Below are positions 1 to 13,590 of a stretch of DNA of 64,000 nucleotides, piece by piece (the first letter of the stretch is position 1; each line of letters opens with the position of its first letter). Under the pieces are notes generated by a model. That model saw only the letters and a program-made list of their open reading frames with translations, did not search any database and was not told the DNA's origin. The translations under genes and the position numbers were made by a program. The DNA lies in assembly GCA_964234715.1 (NCBI GenBank), contig OZ174284.1; one strand, written 5' to 3'. Source of the stretch: Podarcis melisellensis (taxonomy: Eukaryota).

Positions 1-158
1 TCACTTATTTATGCTAATAGTTTTTCTCTCTTAGCCCATTCTGTTGTATTCCCCACTGAATTATTCTTAATAATAAATATATCTTTTCTCATCTAAATTC
101 CTTTAACAACACCTCTGACTCTTCCTCTTAGACCAGCCATCTTTACTCAGCATGCAAG

Positions 159-216
159 GAGTGGCTGGGGAAACCCAGGCAGATGGGTGGGGTATAAATA
201 ATAAATTATTATTAAA
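159..216 (+). mobile_element. 3' tail of a LINE/SINE family (also minus at 21725-21784 and 52304-52371)
   Basis: GGCTGGGGAAACCCAG..AGATGGG(C/T)GGGGTA + (ATT)n tail recurs three times in the window. Confidence 0.65.
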
Positions 217-2618
217 TTATTATATTGCATAGCTTTTTCTATATTCATACCTACTTCCACAGATGACTTACTGGTTCCCAATAGCTTGGAGAAAGATGGA
301 GACTTTGATTGAAGTTGTATGAAAGCATTTGTTTTCAGCATTGGGATTTTTTTTTTTTTGCAACAGTCCCAATTTAATACTTTTTATTGGCTCCCTCCCA
401 AGATCAAGCTGATGCCTTTAATATAAAGTTTTTGTTGTCAGCTGAAAGTGTTTCATTTCCTTAGAGCAATTTGTTGAAACGTGCTGAATTTGGGAGTTGT
501 GCCTTAAATGTAATTTGTGTTAGGTTGGCTTTTAGATGCTATTTTGAATGGATGGGTTATAGATTCTTAATTATACATTGCCTTATATGTGCAGTATTGA
601 GATAGAAGGAAGTCTCAAAGATTAGAATACAATTGTGAAAAGGATCAAAAAGCCTAACTCCCAGGCCACTATTTTATTATGTTTATACTTTGCTTTTTAG
701 CTAGGATTCGCTCCCAGATAACTATAATGCACATACTGCTGTGAAATGAGCCAGAGTCTGGCACCTTGTTATGTCTGAACCTGGGCTTGTGGTTTGCTTC
801 TCTCCAAACAAACTGGGGGTTGTAACCAAGGTTTGTTCTTGGTTTCTGCTGGTGAGTGAAAAACCTGTCTCTGGAGCTAGATTGTGATGGCTGTTCTACA
901 CATGCAGCTCATCGCTGGTGTTTTGATTCTTTTAAGATCTTTGAGTTAAGAAATTGCAGCACAAGTGGAAGCTTCTGTATTTGGTAAATTTAATTATCTA
1001 GCAGATTGATCAAAATCTATACCAAATGATGTGTAAAAGTTATTTAATTGTCATACACGTGGTTGTTCTGTGAACATGTAGATGCTTTCAAAAATCTGCA
1101 ATATAGTCTTCTATTGAAACTGTAAGTCATTTATATTGTGGACATGGTAATATGAAGGTTTCCAGCCCTCGTGTACTGAGTACAGTAGACAGATGTAGCA
1201 GACCAGCTGTCCTTAAGCTAGACTCAATAAATGCATTTAACCCTTGCTCAGGACATCCTCATGAAAGAAGTAGGAAAATGCGGATTAGGGGAAAAAACCC
1301 TGCTAAGCATGGAGTGTTCTGTTTGTTGAAAAACAACATACAAAGGTCAATCAGAAGGAAATATATCCAGTAGCATCTCATGCGGCCAGTGCTGGAACAA
1401 TTTAGTCCTATGTAGGACTAAAAATTTCACTTCTGTCCTCCACCTGCATGTTAGAGGTAAAGATATATATATATATACATATACATATACATATGGAAAC
1501 TTTCCAATCACCTGGGATGAGCTGGTTAACCTGTCACTTTAGGCTGTGATGCACTGGGTGAAAATAGTGGCCAGTTCACTTCTTTCCCACTTCTGCTGCA
1601 CTGCAAGGGCCTAAACCATGTTTTGGCTTAGTGTTGTACCCAAACCCTGGTTCATGGTTTGTTTTTCCCAAACAAATCACAAGCATTTGGTTTCAGCCTG
1701 TGGTTTGTATGGAGAGAGACAAATCTTGAGTCTGGGTTTTGAGGTAACACTATGCCAAACCATGGCTTAGCTCCCAGAAGCAGTGGAAGAACAAACTGAC
1801 CACAATTTTTGCTCCATGTACCAGCATACTGCATGTTTTACTTTTAAAACATCCTTAAGCTTAACTGTGATTTAAAGGTAATATCACTCTTACATAGTTT
1901 AAGCAGCTTGATCCTGTCCTTATTTAGATGTGTTTAGTGGGGCTACTTCCAGGTAAGTGTACATAGAATTGTGACATATGCACACAGTAATGGGAGTTTC
2001 TCCTCTCTCTCAGATTTTGCATTCAGTCACATGTTCAGTAGGTGGGCAAGAAAGAATTGTTACTATATCTTAGTATCCAGTCAGCAGACCAGACCCAGAT
2101 CTTGCCCACCTGTTAATCACCTGACATTTTATGACACAGAATAATTCAGACTTGAAAATAACAATTGGGAGTGCAATCTAAGTGGACTCCCAGTTCTCCC
2201 CTTCAGCTGCAAATATCTTGCTGAGCCATCCCCACAGAAATTGGGCCTTGCAGTTGCAGTGTAAGCACCTGCTCAGACACCACTGGCTCTGGTTTTGGCT
2301 GTGCCTCAACAGGTTTCCTGATTGCAGCCATCCCATGGAAGTCACTGACCACAATAAAAGTAGTACTAAGGTGGCAACTCCTCAAGGAGTTCAGCTGTAG
2401 TATTCTAGTATTAAGTTTTTTGTCAGTTGTCTGCATGAGCTGATTCAACAAAAATTGCACAAATCATTTCACCAACTCTGTAATCTAATATTACTAGAAT
2501 TGACATATCTCTCTGTGTTACTATTACCATTTCAAGGCTGTGCAGAAACTGTTGAAAAGGAAGTTATGCCTTCTTGTTTTGCCTTTTAAAATCTTGTGTT
2601 TTGGTTTTATTTGTACAG

Positions 2619-2688
2619 ACCAGTAACTTACAAGGAATACAAGGAGAGGACACAGGAAGCATCAGCTCATGCCAGTGGATGGAGCAAG
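2619..2688 (+). CDS. BCL2L13: BCL2-like 13 (Bcl-rambo), internal coding exon (70 nt)
   Basis: ttgtacAG|ACCAGTA...AGCAAG|GTactt; reads (x)PVTYKEYKERTQEASAHASGWSK, matching the BCL2L13 PVTY...HASGWNK segment; ends in phase 0, compatible with the next exon. Confidence 0.93.
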
Positions 2689-3574
2689 GTACTTGCCAAA
2701 TCACCCTCACTTTGAATTGACTAGATATCCATTATAGACCTGTGCCAATTTAAGGAATCAGTACTCTGTTTTATCGGCCTCATCTGTACCGTACTGCATG
2801 TTCCAGGTTTTATTAGCACTTAAGTATAGGAGTAAGTGTAGTTGGTACATTATTACTATGATATTTAATATGATTCTGCAGTCAAACAGCAAACAGAAAG
2901 TCAGTATATGGAGGTTCTCCTCTTTCTCTTTTTAAAAAAGCAAAATTCTAGCCCTTTTTGGTGGTAAAGGGCTAGAATTTGGTGGTATGATTGTGTGTCA
3001 TCTATGTAGCGAAACACCATGAGAGGGGAGGCTGAGCAACATTTCAGGTAGTGATGATGGGTAATACCTCAGTTTTGTTTATAGGACTTTCTTCCATAAT
3101 CGTTAGAACCAGAATAAATAAAATAAGCAAATATATGCACATACTGAATTTAGTTATTCAAATTTCTTTTCATAATAGTGGATCTGAGTTACTTTCTGGC
3201 AAAACCTGCTTTACTTTGAATAGAGAGTGACCATGGTCTCTCTTGTAGGACAGATTTACAGGCAGAATTACTTTTGAAAGCTCAAATAATAGTAGTAGTG
3301 ACTTGGAGCACTTTATCCGTTTACATCTGATAGGCTAGGCCACATTCCTTCCTAGAAAACTGGCTTTTCATCTTCATGTCTTTTTGGGTCTCTGGGATCA
3401 GCTTAAGCCATGTTCTTGATGTTGGGCTTCCACTGAAAGAAGTTGACACTGCAACATGGTTGCTTGCAGACTTTAGGGTGATGCCAGTGTGCCATGCACT
3501 TTATTGGCTGTCTCTTGACTCCAAGTCTGCTGCTGGTGTTCTTAGGAAAAGCAGCATTGGTCCAGCATAACTTT

Positions 3575-3910
3575 GGGAACATTTCCTCCTGTATAAGGTC
3601 CCTTGCTCTTCTTGATCAGCTTTATTGGATGTCCATTCTAGTGTTATGCGAAAAGAAGAAAAAAATTTCTTTACTCACTTTCTACCTTCCCATGCATAAT
3701 TGTACAAACTTCTGTCTTATCACTCCATAGTCACCTTTTTTCTAACTAAAAAGTCCTAAAATGCTGCAACCTTTCTTCATACAGGAGTTGCTTCGTCCCT
3801 TTGATCATTTTGGTTGCTCTTTTCTGAACCTTTTCTAATACTACAATATCCTTTTTGAGGTGACCAGAACTGTACACAGTATTCCAAATGTGATCACACC
3901 ATACCTCTAC
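3575..3910 (-). mobile_element. CR1 LINE 3' fragment
   Basis: Degenerate ORF2 C-terminus HLKKDIVVLEKVQKRATKMIKG...YEERLQH, diagnostic of CR1. Confidence 0.9.
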
Positions 3911-6489
3911 CAGTCTTTTTAGAAAATGCAGTGTCTGCAATTTATAGACTTTTCTGTAACATCTTTTTGACTACATACTCTAACAATATGATTGCTGATG
4001 CAGATAAAGCTTGCAAAACAGGTTGCGTTGAAAACAATCTTTATTGGAATTACCACTTTTACCCAGTGGCTATTTTTCTTGAAAACCTGCCCTTTAACAG
4101 AGGATTTTGAAGGGAAATGAAAAGAATTAAGAACCCTTCCATCCTATACAGTTTCTAAACTGATAAACTAAAGGAGAATACAAAGGTCACCATGAGAAAT
4201 CTTAAAAAGTTTTGAACTTACCTTCAAGGAGCTAAAAATGTCATTTGCTTTCTTGCAAACCAAATGTTGATTGGATTTTTTTATTGAGTATCTTCTAGGT
4301 TGAAAGGAAGTAAAACAGCTATAGTTGGAAGGTGGCAAATGTTCCTCTTTTTTCAAAACAACAAAAAACACTTCATTCTGATAAAATCTTTTCCTACTGA
4401 GTTACAACTTTTTGATACCAGAGCTGGAATCCAAAGAAATACTTTGGCTCACAGAAAGGGTGGTGTTAGTCCAGTGGAATTTTTCACTTTCAGCAACTGA
4501 TAACCGTAACACATCAGAGTAGCTTACAAACTCTCCTTAGTTTCAAAATAAGGTCACTTGATATAGGGAGCTATTGTTTAAGGAAACAAATTGGGCCTGA
4601 AAGCACTTTCGGACTCATGGAACTCGTTTACGGTTATTGGAACCTGGCCTAGGAAACTCAAACTGCTCTTATGGCTCTGAACTTCTTATGGCTCTGAACT
4701 TGTAAGTACTGTATAATTCTTTTATACAGCATCCACAACAGAAATTGAACGTGACATTTTGCATTAAGGAAAAGGAAATTTGGTGTATGGGTGAGAGACA
4801 AACCTTAGACTGAGCAGGAGGAGGCAGAGATGCAGATGGTTTTCATTCTTTCCTTTGTAGGGGATAGGGTTCTCCATTGGTATAGTAGTGGGGCTGATGG
4901 GTGTATCTCTATTAGTGCTCAAATTGCATTTTCAGTAGCATTTTTCTTCCCACCCCAGCACAGACTTCTACAACTTTATCCATGTCCCATATCCACATGG
5001 ATCTCCCTTTGCCAAGCATTTGGTGTTGTTGCTGTGGTTTCCTTCCTCTCCCTATAATCCTTCAGGTCATGGTTACAGTCCAACATGGTGTGTATTTCCA
5101 TAGAAGTCAGCTCTGGGGTATTCTATGGGGGTTACACCCATGTAAATGTATACAGGATGACAACTTTCCTGAAGACATGGGTTCCAAATGCATTCAGAGA
5201 GAACAAATCACGACTATTTCACTCTAAATGCATAGTACAGAAGGAGCCAGTTGTATCCAGTTTTCTGTTAACAGAAATAAGCCCATCTTTTTCCTTGTGA
5301 AGCACTCATAGACATTTCAATCTCATAGAAGCTGCCAGGTTCTTAAAGGGTTAGACATACAGTACATCAATTAGTTTTTAATGAATGTTTTCAAATAGAT
5401 TCTTTTCAGCCCATCAGATATTTATTTCAGGTACTAATTGTTCCAATTCTATTTTATGATTGAATGGAAAAGATACTGTCACTTGGTGCTATGCTTGCTA
5501 AAAGCCCGTAATGAAAGGGCTTAGTATCTTGGTGGCCCTATGGGAGAGAGCCATAGTTACCACTTGTGTTAGGGAGCTTATTTGGAGTAAAGTGGACCTC
5601 TCTGCGTTGAAGCTTCAAGACTCCAAGACAGCATTGACTTTCTCTCATCACAGATATTCACATAAAAATACCCTTTTAGGTGCTAGCTAATTTCTTTCAA
5701 GTCTATTGGAACATCTTGCAAGAGAAGATAAATCAGTATTGACTCTTCTTTGGGATAAAGTCAAAAATAGAGAGTGGTATCGCTTGGTAATTCCAGAAAT
5801 TTGATCAGATAGTGGTGATTTAATTGAAAAGTCACTGTTAAAGAAGGTACAGAATGTTACCCTGTTGCCAGTAATGCATTCTTTGCATTTGAAAGTCCTT
5901 GAAGCTGATACTGAAATTGTTTTTCTTGGTGTTGTATGGAGTGTTTGAAGATTATAATGTTGCACAGCAGCAAAACTTTCCAGTCCACTTTACGTTGGGT
6001 CACTTGAAGAAGGGATACCTAGGTCCATTATTCTCCTCCCTTTCAAATTGCTGTTACCATCCTGACTGCCTGTTCATTTTAAACAGTGGAGACCCTGCAA
6101 CAGTAGCAGCAACTCATTTACCTGCCCAAGAAGTAGTGAGAGGTAGGGAATGATGAGTTGAGAACTCATTGCCTGATTCTTGAGACTAGATTGATCCACT
6201 GACTAATCTGCTTTTTGGCCAGGGTTCTGTGTTCTATGTATTCTCTTTCTTAACTGAGTACTTGAAAAAGATTATTAATATTTATATTTATATGGGCTTA
6301 ATGTTGCCTCCTTCAAAGCTGCCCTCCCACCATGCTTGTATCTCATGTCCATGCATGCAAAATTAAAGTACTTACGCAATAAATATATTTAGCACTCTTT
6401 GGCGCAGTGGCAGGATTTTCTTCCAAACTACTGCAATTCCTGATCATGTCTCTTCCTCGCCTACCCTTTCTTCACTCTTTACTCCCAAG

Positions 6490-6633
6490 GTTTTAGTGCC
6501 TCTGGTGATCCTTCAGCGATTCCTGATGGAACTGACAAGACAGGGCAAAGAACCACTTGGGGCACTGCTGAATTTTGGAGTGACCTACCTGGAAGACTAT
6601 GTTGCAGACTATATCATCCAGCAAGGTGGATGG
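6490..6633 (+). CDS. BCL2L13: BCL2L13 penultimate coding exon (144 nt, ends in BH2-type QGGW)
   Basis: Pyrimidine tract + AG at 6488-6489, GTAAG donor at 6634; VLVPLVILQRFLMELTRQGKEPLGALLNFGVTYLEDYVADYIIQQGGW. Confidence 0.96.
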
Positions 6634-8468
6634 GTAAGGAAGTTAAATGTCCAACTGTATCTTCCTCCAGGGTTGATGAACAGATATGTGCATCTCTCTG
6701 TACAACAGTTGTATTTAAGATTTACTAACTGTTCAAAGGAAAGCAGTGTTGATTTTTTGGTCCATAGCAGAACATATAGATATTATTTAGGATAATGAAC
6801 AAGAACAAAGGTAACAGCATTATTTTTAAATTGATCTTAATTAAAATGCATTGGTCTTCATATGAGTTTAGTTCTGTTTTCGTGGGGCAGCAGACTTGAG
6901 CTACCTCACAGTCATGAACAAATTCAGGTTATGCATTTAGATTGAGCTTGTTTTAATTTTATTGAATTTCTCAGAGTGCTTTAAGTTGTATTTCTCTAGA
7001 TTCCTGTGTGAAATGGGTTCTACTTAAAGTGCTATTTGAAAATTGTGTTTTGAAGGTACAACGAAACCCTCTAAGAATATCCAGGCCCCCTCCCTCCCAT
7101 CTGTTTCTTACAACTTGATAGTTGAACTGGAGCACAGTGAGCATACAGATTATTCCTCTCTGGGAGATAGAACACTGCCAGATTTAAACAGAATTAATCT
7201 GGGATTAGTGAAATGACTCCCAAGTTGTTTTTATTCTGAAAGTAAAGCTGTTCAGTGGTTAGAAAATCTAAATAGCAAAAACATACTAATAACCTTTAAA
7301 ATTATATATTTTTCATATTTTGATTTTGTAAAGTGTACTAGTAGGGTGCAATCAGTGCTTTTACCAGGGGCTTTCCCCTCGCCCTCATCTCCTTTGTGCC
7401 TTTATTTTCTCATACGAATAAATATGTTTCTTGACTGTACAAATTTCATATTTGCCTGGTGCAAGAGCTGGTGTTTAGATTATGCCTTTATGACTTCCAC
7501 TTCCTGCAGAATAAACAATGACTCCTACATCTGGTTATGCTTTGGGCCTTGATTTAATGAAATGTCTTAGATTTTTTGTTTTTGGCCAGTAGATAACGTC
7601 TTGCATTGTGCCGTCCTGTTTCTTTTGATGTTTTGGTACCCTCAGAAGACTGTGTTCCATACCTCAACGACTTCTGTAAAGCCTTTTATAAACATGCGTG
7701 TCACAATGCATAGTTGCTTCTGAAAACACACAGCAGCCTAGCTGTGTCTAAGAGGGAGGGAATGTTCACTGTGTGACTGTTTGTAGTTGACTTGGCAGTT
7801 CCATGAACCATGCACTTATCTATTCACCTCTAGCCAGGCATAAAATTGGACTGACAGAAGCTGCATAACCAACAGGGCAGAGCTATTTTTGAAATGGTGC
7901 AGGAAAGGTGAAGAAAGAATTGAAATGGTGATAATTTTTAAACTGAATAAAAGTTGCCATGATTAACTACTCTGTGGTTAAGAGTAAGATCTTGGGTATT
8001 TTGATCTTGATCTTCATGTCATTATGCACAAGGTTCAGTTTTGTGGCTGGTACCTAGTCTTATTTTGATTTGGTTTAACAAATTTGTGTTTTAAGAAACT
8101 GAGACTGCAGTATTTCAAGTTTTCCTGAAACATGGTACTACCATTAAGCAATGCTTTTTGGTCATGTTTAAATACTTGAATAGGGAAACTTCAAATTAAT
8201 TGCTCTGTTTGGAAGCTCAGAATGCACAGCAAATGTTCTTGCTGGTCTTCACTAATGGTAATACAGCAGAATTGGAGAATTAGCTGTGGTACTGCCCCTG
8301 AGCTGCTTAATCCCAATGTGTAAGGTTCAGCTAGACCTCCTAAATTTCCAGTCATGGTGAACCTGTCCAAGGAAGAAGAAACAACAATGTGTATTGGGGG
8401 GTAGGAGATAGCTTAAAAGCTGTTTAAAGACTAAAATCACTTAAATATTCATCTACTCCAGCAGAGAC

Positions 8469-10885
8469 AAGGAATGGATTAGTTAAGAGTGTCTTAACTC
8501 TCTGTGTTCCATTAGTCATGAAAGAGTATGTCATGAGGGTCTCCCAGTTCCTTGCACAAAAGTCACAAATAGTCTTTCTATAGATTTAGAACTTTGTGAA
8601 AACATCAGGTCTTTCTACAGAGGAAGCAGTGGCAAAAACGGTACAACCTCAGGAGCTTTAGTAAGTGGAAATAATCCAGACCGAATGAGCTATTTTGTAG
8701 ACTAGGAAAATAATTAGACTGAAGTAAAAAATAGTCATGCAACATGGAACACACTTGGAGCAATAAGATACTACAAACTGAATATATAGAATCTTAATAT
8801 TGGATTCATCACCCAGTGCCATCATTGTGTAATGGAACGTCAGTCAAGAGTAGATTTCCTGATATTTGGAGGATTTTTGCAGAAATGGCAACCTTTAAGA
8901 AGAATATTGGTTCTGGGAATAAGTCCCGCAGAACTCAGCTGGGCTTGTTTCTAAATAGACCTGCATAGGAATATGCTGCAAGACTATAAAAGTTAAATGT
9001 TGCACATTTAAAAAGGTAATGCCCTCCTTTTCATTGTTCTGATGGTTTCCAGACATTTTTTCTATGTTGCTTTTCCTTTTCTAATGAGAAGTTGTGTTGC
9101 ACACATTTTGAGTGTGAGCAGTGAGTAACGAGTAACGTTCTTCAGTGAAATCTGCATTAAGTCTGCTTTTGTAGTAATTTCAATATCAGGAAGAATCAAA
9201 ATGCAGTTGCAGTTTCTAAGTTCTCATAAAGTTTTGCATATGTAAGCAATAGCTTCTGACCTAAAAGAAACAGAGTCATGCAATGTTGTTGGTTACTGAA
9301 CTTGAAAAGGATTATAAGAACAATGCAGAATATATACTTTTGCTTTACTTCTCTTCTTGTAAGGCAGTAGATTGGTTTGCTTTGAATTCATTTTCAAGGT
9401 AGCAGTGTACTTCTTTAATCATAAGAGGCAGAGATCTAGCTCTGAGCATTTTTGTAGACATAGCTTGCTCTCTAGACATTGTTGATGGAAACCAGAAGAG
9501 TCACAGAAAGGTTCCATGTTTTCCACTGGGTCAAAACAAAAAACGTTCATTCTAATTTGGCAGCAGCTTAGCTCTACAGCTTGCCCTGAAGCTGTATTAG
9601 GGCACAAACAAATTGATGTGCAGTGCGCATACTCCCTCCCCTTTCTCTATTCACTCTCCCTCTGTTTGCTGTGTCTGCTGCATCAGAAACTTCTCTTGGA
9701 AAAGTGCAGAGTAAGAACAGTCAGTTTGGGTAAGACTTTACTACTGAAGTAGTATAATTATGCTTTAAAAGTGTCAACCTTGTCCTAATTTCCAGTGTTT
9801 CATCCACATTGAAAAGGACTTGTGGGAGATCTGAGAAGAATAGAGATGACTAACTATTTTTGCTTAAAAGTTGTTATTCTGCTTTGTCACCAGTTTACAT
9901 GCTTGTGGCTTGCTCTGCTTTAATAATCTCTGCATGAAAGTATAATTAAGTGTCTTCGGAAACTTGCACAGCCATTTGACTTGTAAAAAGCGAACTAGAA
10001 GCTGCAATGCACAATTAAAGTCTAAAGTATTGCTTTCCTTGCCATTGTGATTGTGATTGAGTTTATAGAATGATACGGAAAGCAGGATACTTCCCCTAGT
10101 GCTTGACTCTGGGTTTTATTTTCAGTCTTGGCATTGTTGTTGTCTTTAGAAGTGTAAAGTAGTCGTTCAGTTTCTAAAACTGAAGTTGGTGGTAAGTAGC
10201 TGTGTTTTATACTCTGATGGTAGTTGTATAAGAACAAACTTCATTTCCGTTTTGAACTTGATTTGTCATTCTTATTAGAAAGACAACCAGGATCTTGCAC
10301 CAAGGTTTGTTTGCTTAACAAAATTTATATTCTGCTTCAGTGTAGTAAAACCTCTAAGCATCTTGCTCTTCAGACTATTAATAGTGGCATACTTTCAGTG
10401 AAAAAATAAAATTTTCTGGTTCTTTATTCCAAGATTTGACTCTGGATGACAAGGGAGAAATCTTTAGGCAATGTATTAAAATAGCAGCATGCTTTGTTGG
10501 AGAGTTCGTTTTGTAAGAGAGTAAAAGAATGTACCTTTATTCAGACTTCACTTGCTTACAGAAGTGAGATAATGGAATCCAGGATAACATAATGGATGGT
10601 GTAATTTAAAAATAATAATTGCTGGAAGGGATATATCAATAAATGCTAGCTGGAGATTTGTAGGCTTGTGAGACATTATTGTCTTTTATAGAGGAGTCTA
10701 CTGCAGATTTCAGTATCAGATAACAATTCCTGTTTTAGATGGCTTACCTCTTGACTTAGTTCCTCCTCTCTGCTTGAAAATGGAATATTGTGGACTGTAA
10801 TATGTAGTACATAACATTGTATTTGACAAGGGGAGGTCCTATTTAATAGGTTAGTGTTAAGACACTCTTAACTAATCCATTCCTT
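8469..10885. repeat. Perfect 30-bp inverted repeat pair (8469-8498 and 10856-10885)
   Basis: AAGGAATGGATTAGTTAAGAGTGTCTTAAC and its exact reverse complement. Confidence 0.92.
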
Positions 10886-11767
10886 TTGTATGCATTTCTA
10901 AGTGAAATGAGCAAGTGTTTGTTTTTAGCAGCATGGGTAGCGTGACTGATTAATTTTAGATCTACCTGATACTTAGCATTTTTACTCTTGACTGTTTTGA
11001 AATACTAAAACAAATCATTGGGATCCTGCATATGCAGTTTAAATTTGTTTATATTTGTAACCTGTTCCTATGTCCAAAGTCAGTGAATGAAAAGCATAAG
11101 AATCCTATTAGGACAAAATAAAGTTGGGCTTAGAGAAGACTCCATAACCTTCAGCACTCTCTTGCTTCACTGCATACTAGAGACAGCTTCACCCACCTTC
11201 CTCGGTGCCTGCTATCCCACACACTTACACTCTTCTGTGTCTCAACCCCTTCCATAGTGTCTATTTCTCCCTCTTATTGAGGTTGTTCCTACTCCTTCAG
11301 CTGACACCTAGGGGAGCAGACTCTTAACCTATTCTTCTCCCCACCACCCCCAAGCCTGGAGAGCCAACCTCTTCAGGAGCCTGTACTCTCAAATTTGAGA
11401 TTGTCTAAGATGTCTTTTCCTTCATTGCTACTTAATATTCCATGGCTCTATCTTTTCCATTATTTCTTTTTTTAACTGCTAATTCCCGACACATTTGAAA
11501 GCTGTTAAACTGTACTCTGAAGACCTTTGTGTGACCTTCAGATAAGAACAGCACTGTTGATGTACAAAGATTAAGTATAACACCTCAAGTGGCATAAATT
11601 AGCCTGTTCTGTGGATCATGTGGTACAGATAAAAGGATTCTGTAGCCTGTGGTGCAGTTTGTGCTGAAATTGAGGTAACAACAACTTTCCTTCATGAAGC
11701 TAAGAAATCTCTTTGAGTAGTATTGCTGGCTAGATGTAACTGAGAATTCCACACTCATTGTTGGGGA

Positions 11768-11884
11768 AGGGCTGTAGCTCAGTGGTAGAGCACATGTTCT
11801 GCGTGTAAAAGTGAGTCAGTGTCAACAGTACTAAGAAAGATGGACCCAATGATCTGACTTGTTATAAGGCAACTTACAATGTTC
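11768..11884 (+). mobile_element. Internally deleted tRNA-derived SINE
   Basis: GGGCTGTAGCTCAGTGGTAGAGCAC head, GATGGACC..ATGATCTGACT..TATAAGGCA tail. Confidence 0.65.
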
Positions 11885-13043
11885 TCATTTGTAGTATACA
11901 CAGCTTAATGTTATTCATCTTGGGGCATAATCTTTCAGTTCAGATACTAGATTATTTAATGAAACTGCCTAGGTAATTGCATCAGAGTGTCTGTCTTCAA
12001 AAATTAGCCAATTTTTTTTTTTTTTTGCAGAAACTTAGTAATTGTAGAATGATCTTCTCTGGGCAAGTTTTGTGTCCTCAATTAAGTAAAATACGGGGCC
12101 AAAAAGGTTAAGTTGTATGAAACAATATAAGCGGAATGACACTGGGAGTAATATTAACTCAACTCTCTAGAACTAATATTTCAGAAGTTAGGCCTCTGGT
12201 GCCTAACACATTTTTTATTCTTTCTTAGTATTGATTTATTTTAAAACATACTCTACTTGTTTTTTTTTTTTTAAAAAAAACCTACTAAAATATCTTTGTT
12301 GGCAAAACTTCTTTGCTGCTACCTGTGCAGATCTCTTCTCAATATTCCTTTGGTTTTCTGATGCAGGGTCATTCTTGATTAGAATATCACAAACATCTGA
12401 TGGGAGGGCCTTTCTACATTATGGTACTCTGTGTTCTGATTTTTGTTTTACATGACTCTGGTGCTGAAGCAAGGGTGAATAGTGCAAGCTAGCCTGGAGC
12501 TATGGAGAGGGCAGAGGAGTGGGAACAATTCATAGCAGAATAACATGTACTCTTCACCATAAAGCTCCTGAGCTCATGAGACAGCTTGATCAGCACGGAA
12601 AGAGGGTGGATGGGGATTTACTGAGTAATTACTTTCTGTGTGGCGGCAGTCCAGCCCCTGATGCAGCTTTCTGCATGTGCCACATTCCATTAGCACAGAT
12701 GGATAGTTGTGAAAGGCAGCCATCAACAGAAGCTCTGAGAGCTTTGCTTGAAGGATGCCTGAGTGGTTCTGGTTAGCAATGCTTCAATATTCTTTGTATT
12801 ATAACATTATCTCTCTATACAGATACCAGATTATTATTATTTTTTTAAAAAGTTCAATTAATTCAAATTGGCTTTGAATTTTTATAAGTTATGAAGAAAT
12901 TGTGATATGTGTATGGGTGACTCCTGAGGAATAGATTTCTAGAAATAAAAAAGTAACTCCTATGTAGTACAATTTCAGTTGAGGCACTTTCCTAATAGAA
13001 TCAACACTCACCATAGAGTATGTGATAGATTGCTACAGAACTA

Positions 13044-13138
13044 CAGTTGTACTTCGGAAGTCAAACGGAATCTGTCCTGGAAGTCTGTTCAACTTCCAAA
13101 ACGTTCGGGAGCCAAGGCACAGCTTCCGCTTGACTGCA
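13044..13138 (+). mobile_element. Truncated copy of the 51.5/59.4 kb MITE family
   Basis: TA|CAGTTGTACTTCGGAAG...GAAGTCTGTTCAACTTCCAAAAC left end only. Confidence 0.75.
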
Positions 13139-13590
13139 TGTGTATTGTGAAATAATGTACATCAGATTCATGTGTTATGCTCATAACAGTCCTGTGAAAT
13201 AGGTTAGGGTGAGTGATCCTGACTTTTGTGTGCATGCACACACATAGAATTTCATAATAGTAGAGAACTGAATCCAGGTCTCTTTCCCATATCTAAGTAC
13301 AATACTTTTGTCTCAAACCAGACAGAAGACAAGTACTGTTCAATACTTAGTTTTGACAATATGCAAACCTCTTTAAGTATTAAAGTTTTGTTGCCTCCCC
13401 GCCCCCCGCAATAATTGCATGCAACTGCACTCTGATGGAAACCTGTTGTATCCATTGGCTGTTCATATATGTAGCAATTATACGTTCTCTGGGTCGTTCT
13501 GAATTAAGGCTACCATTCTTCTGTAATGTGGTTGTATCATGTAAAATTAAGTTCTGCTAACTTCGTTGATTATGTGCATTTTTCTTCTAG

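Noticed and set aside
4667-4700. 17-bp tandem duplication (similar small ones at ~38184, ~41849, ~61461)
   Set aside because: Ordinary slippage duplications; not arrays or CRISPR-like
11768-11810. tRNA gene
   Set aside because: Only the 5' half with A-box; SINE remnant
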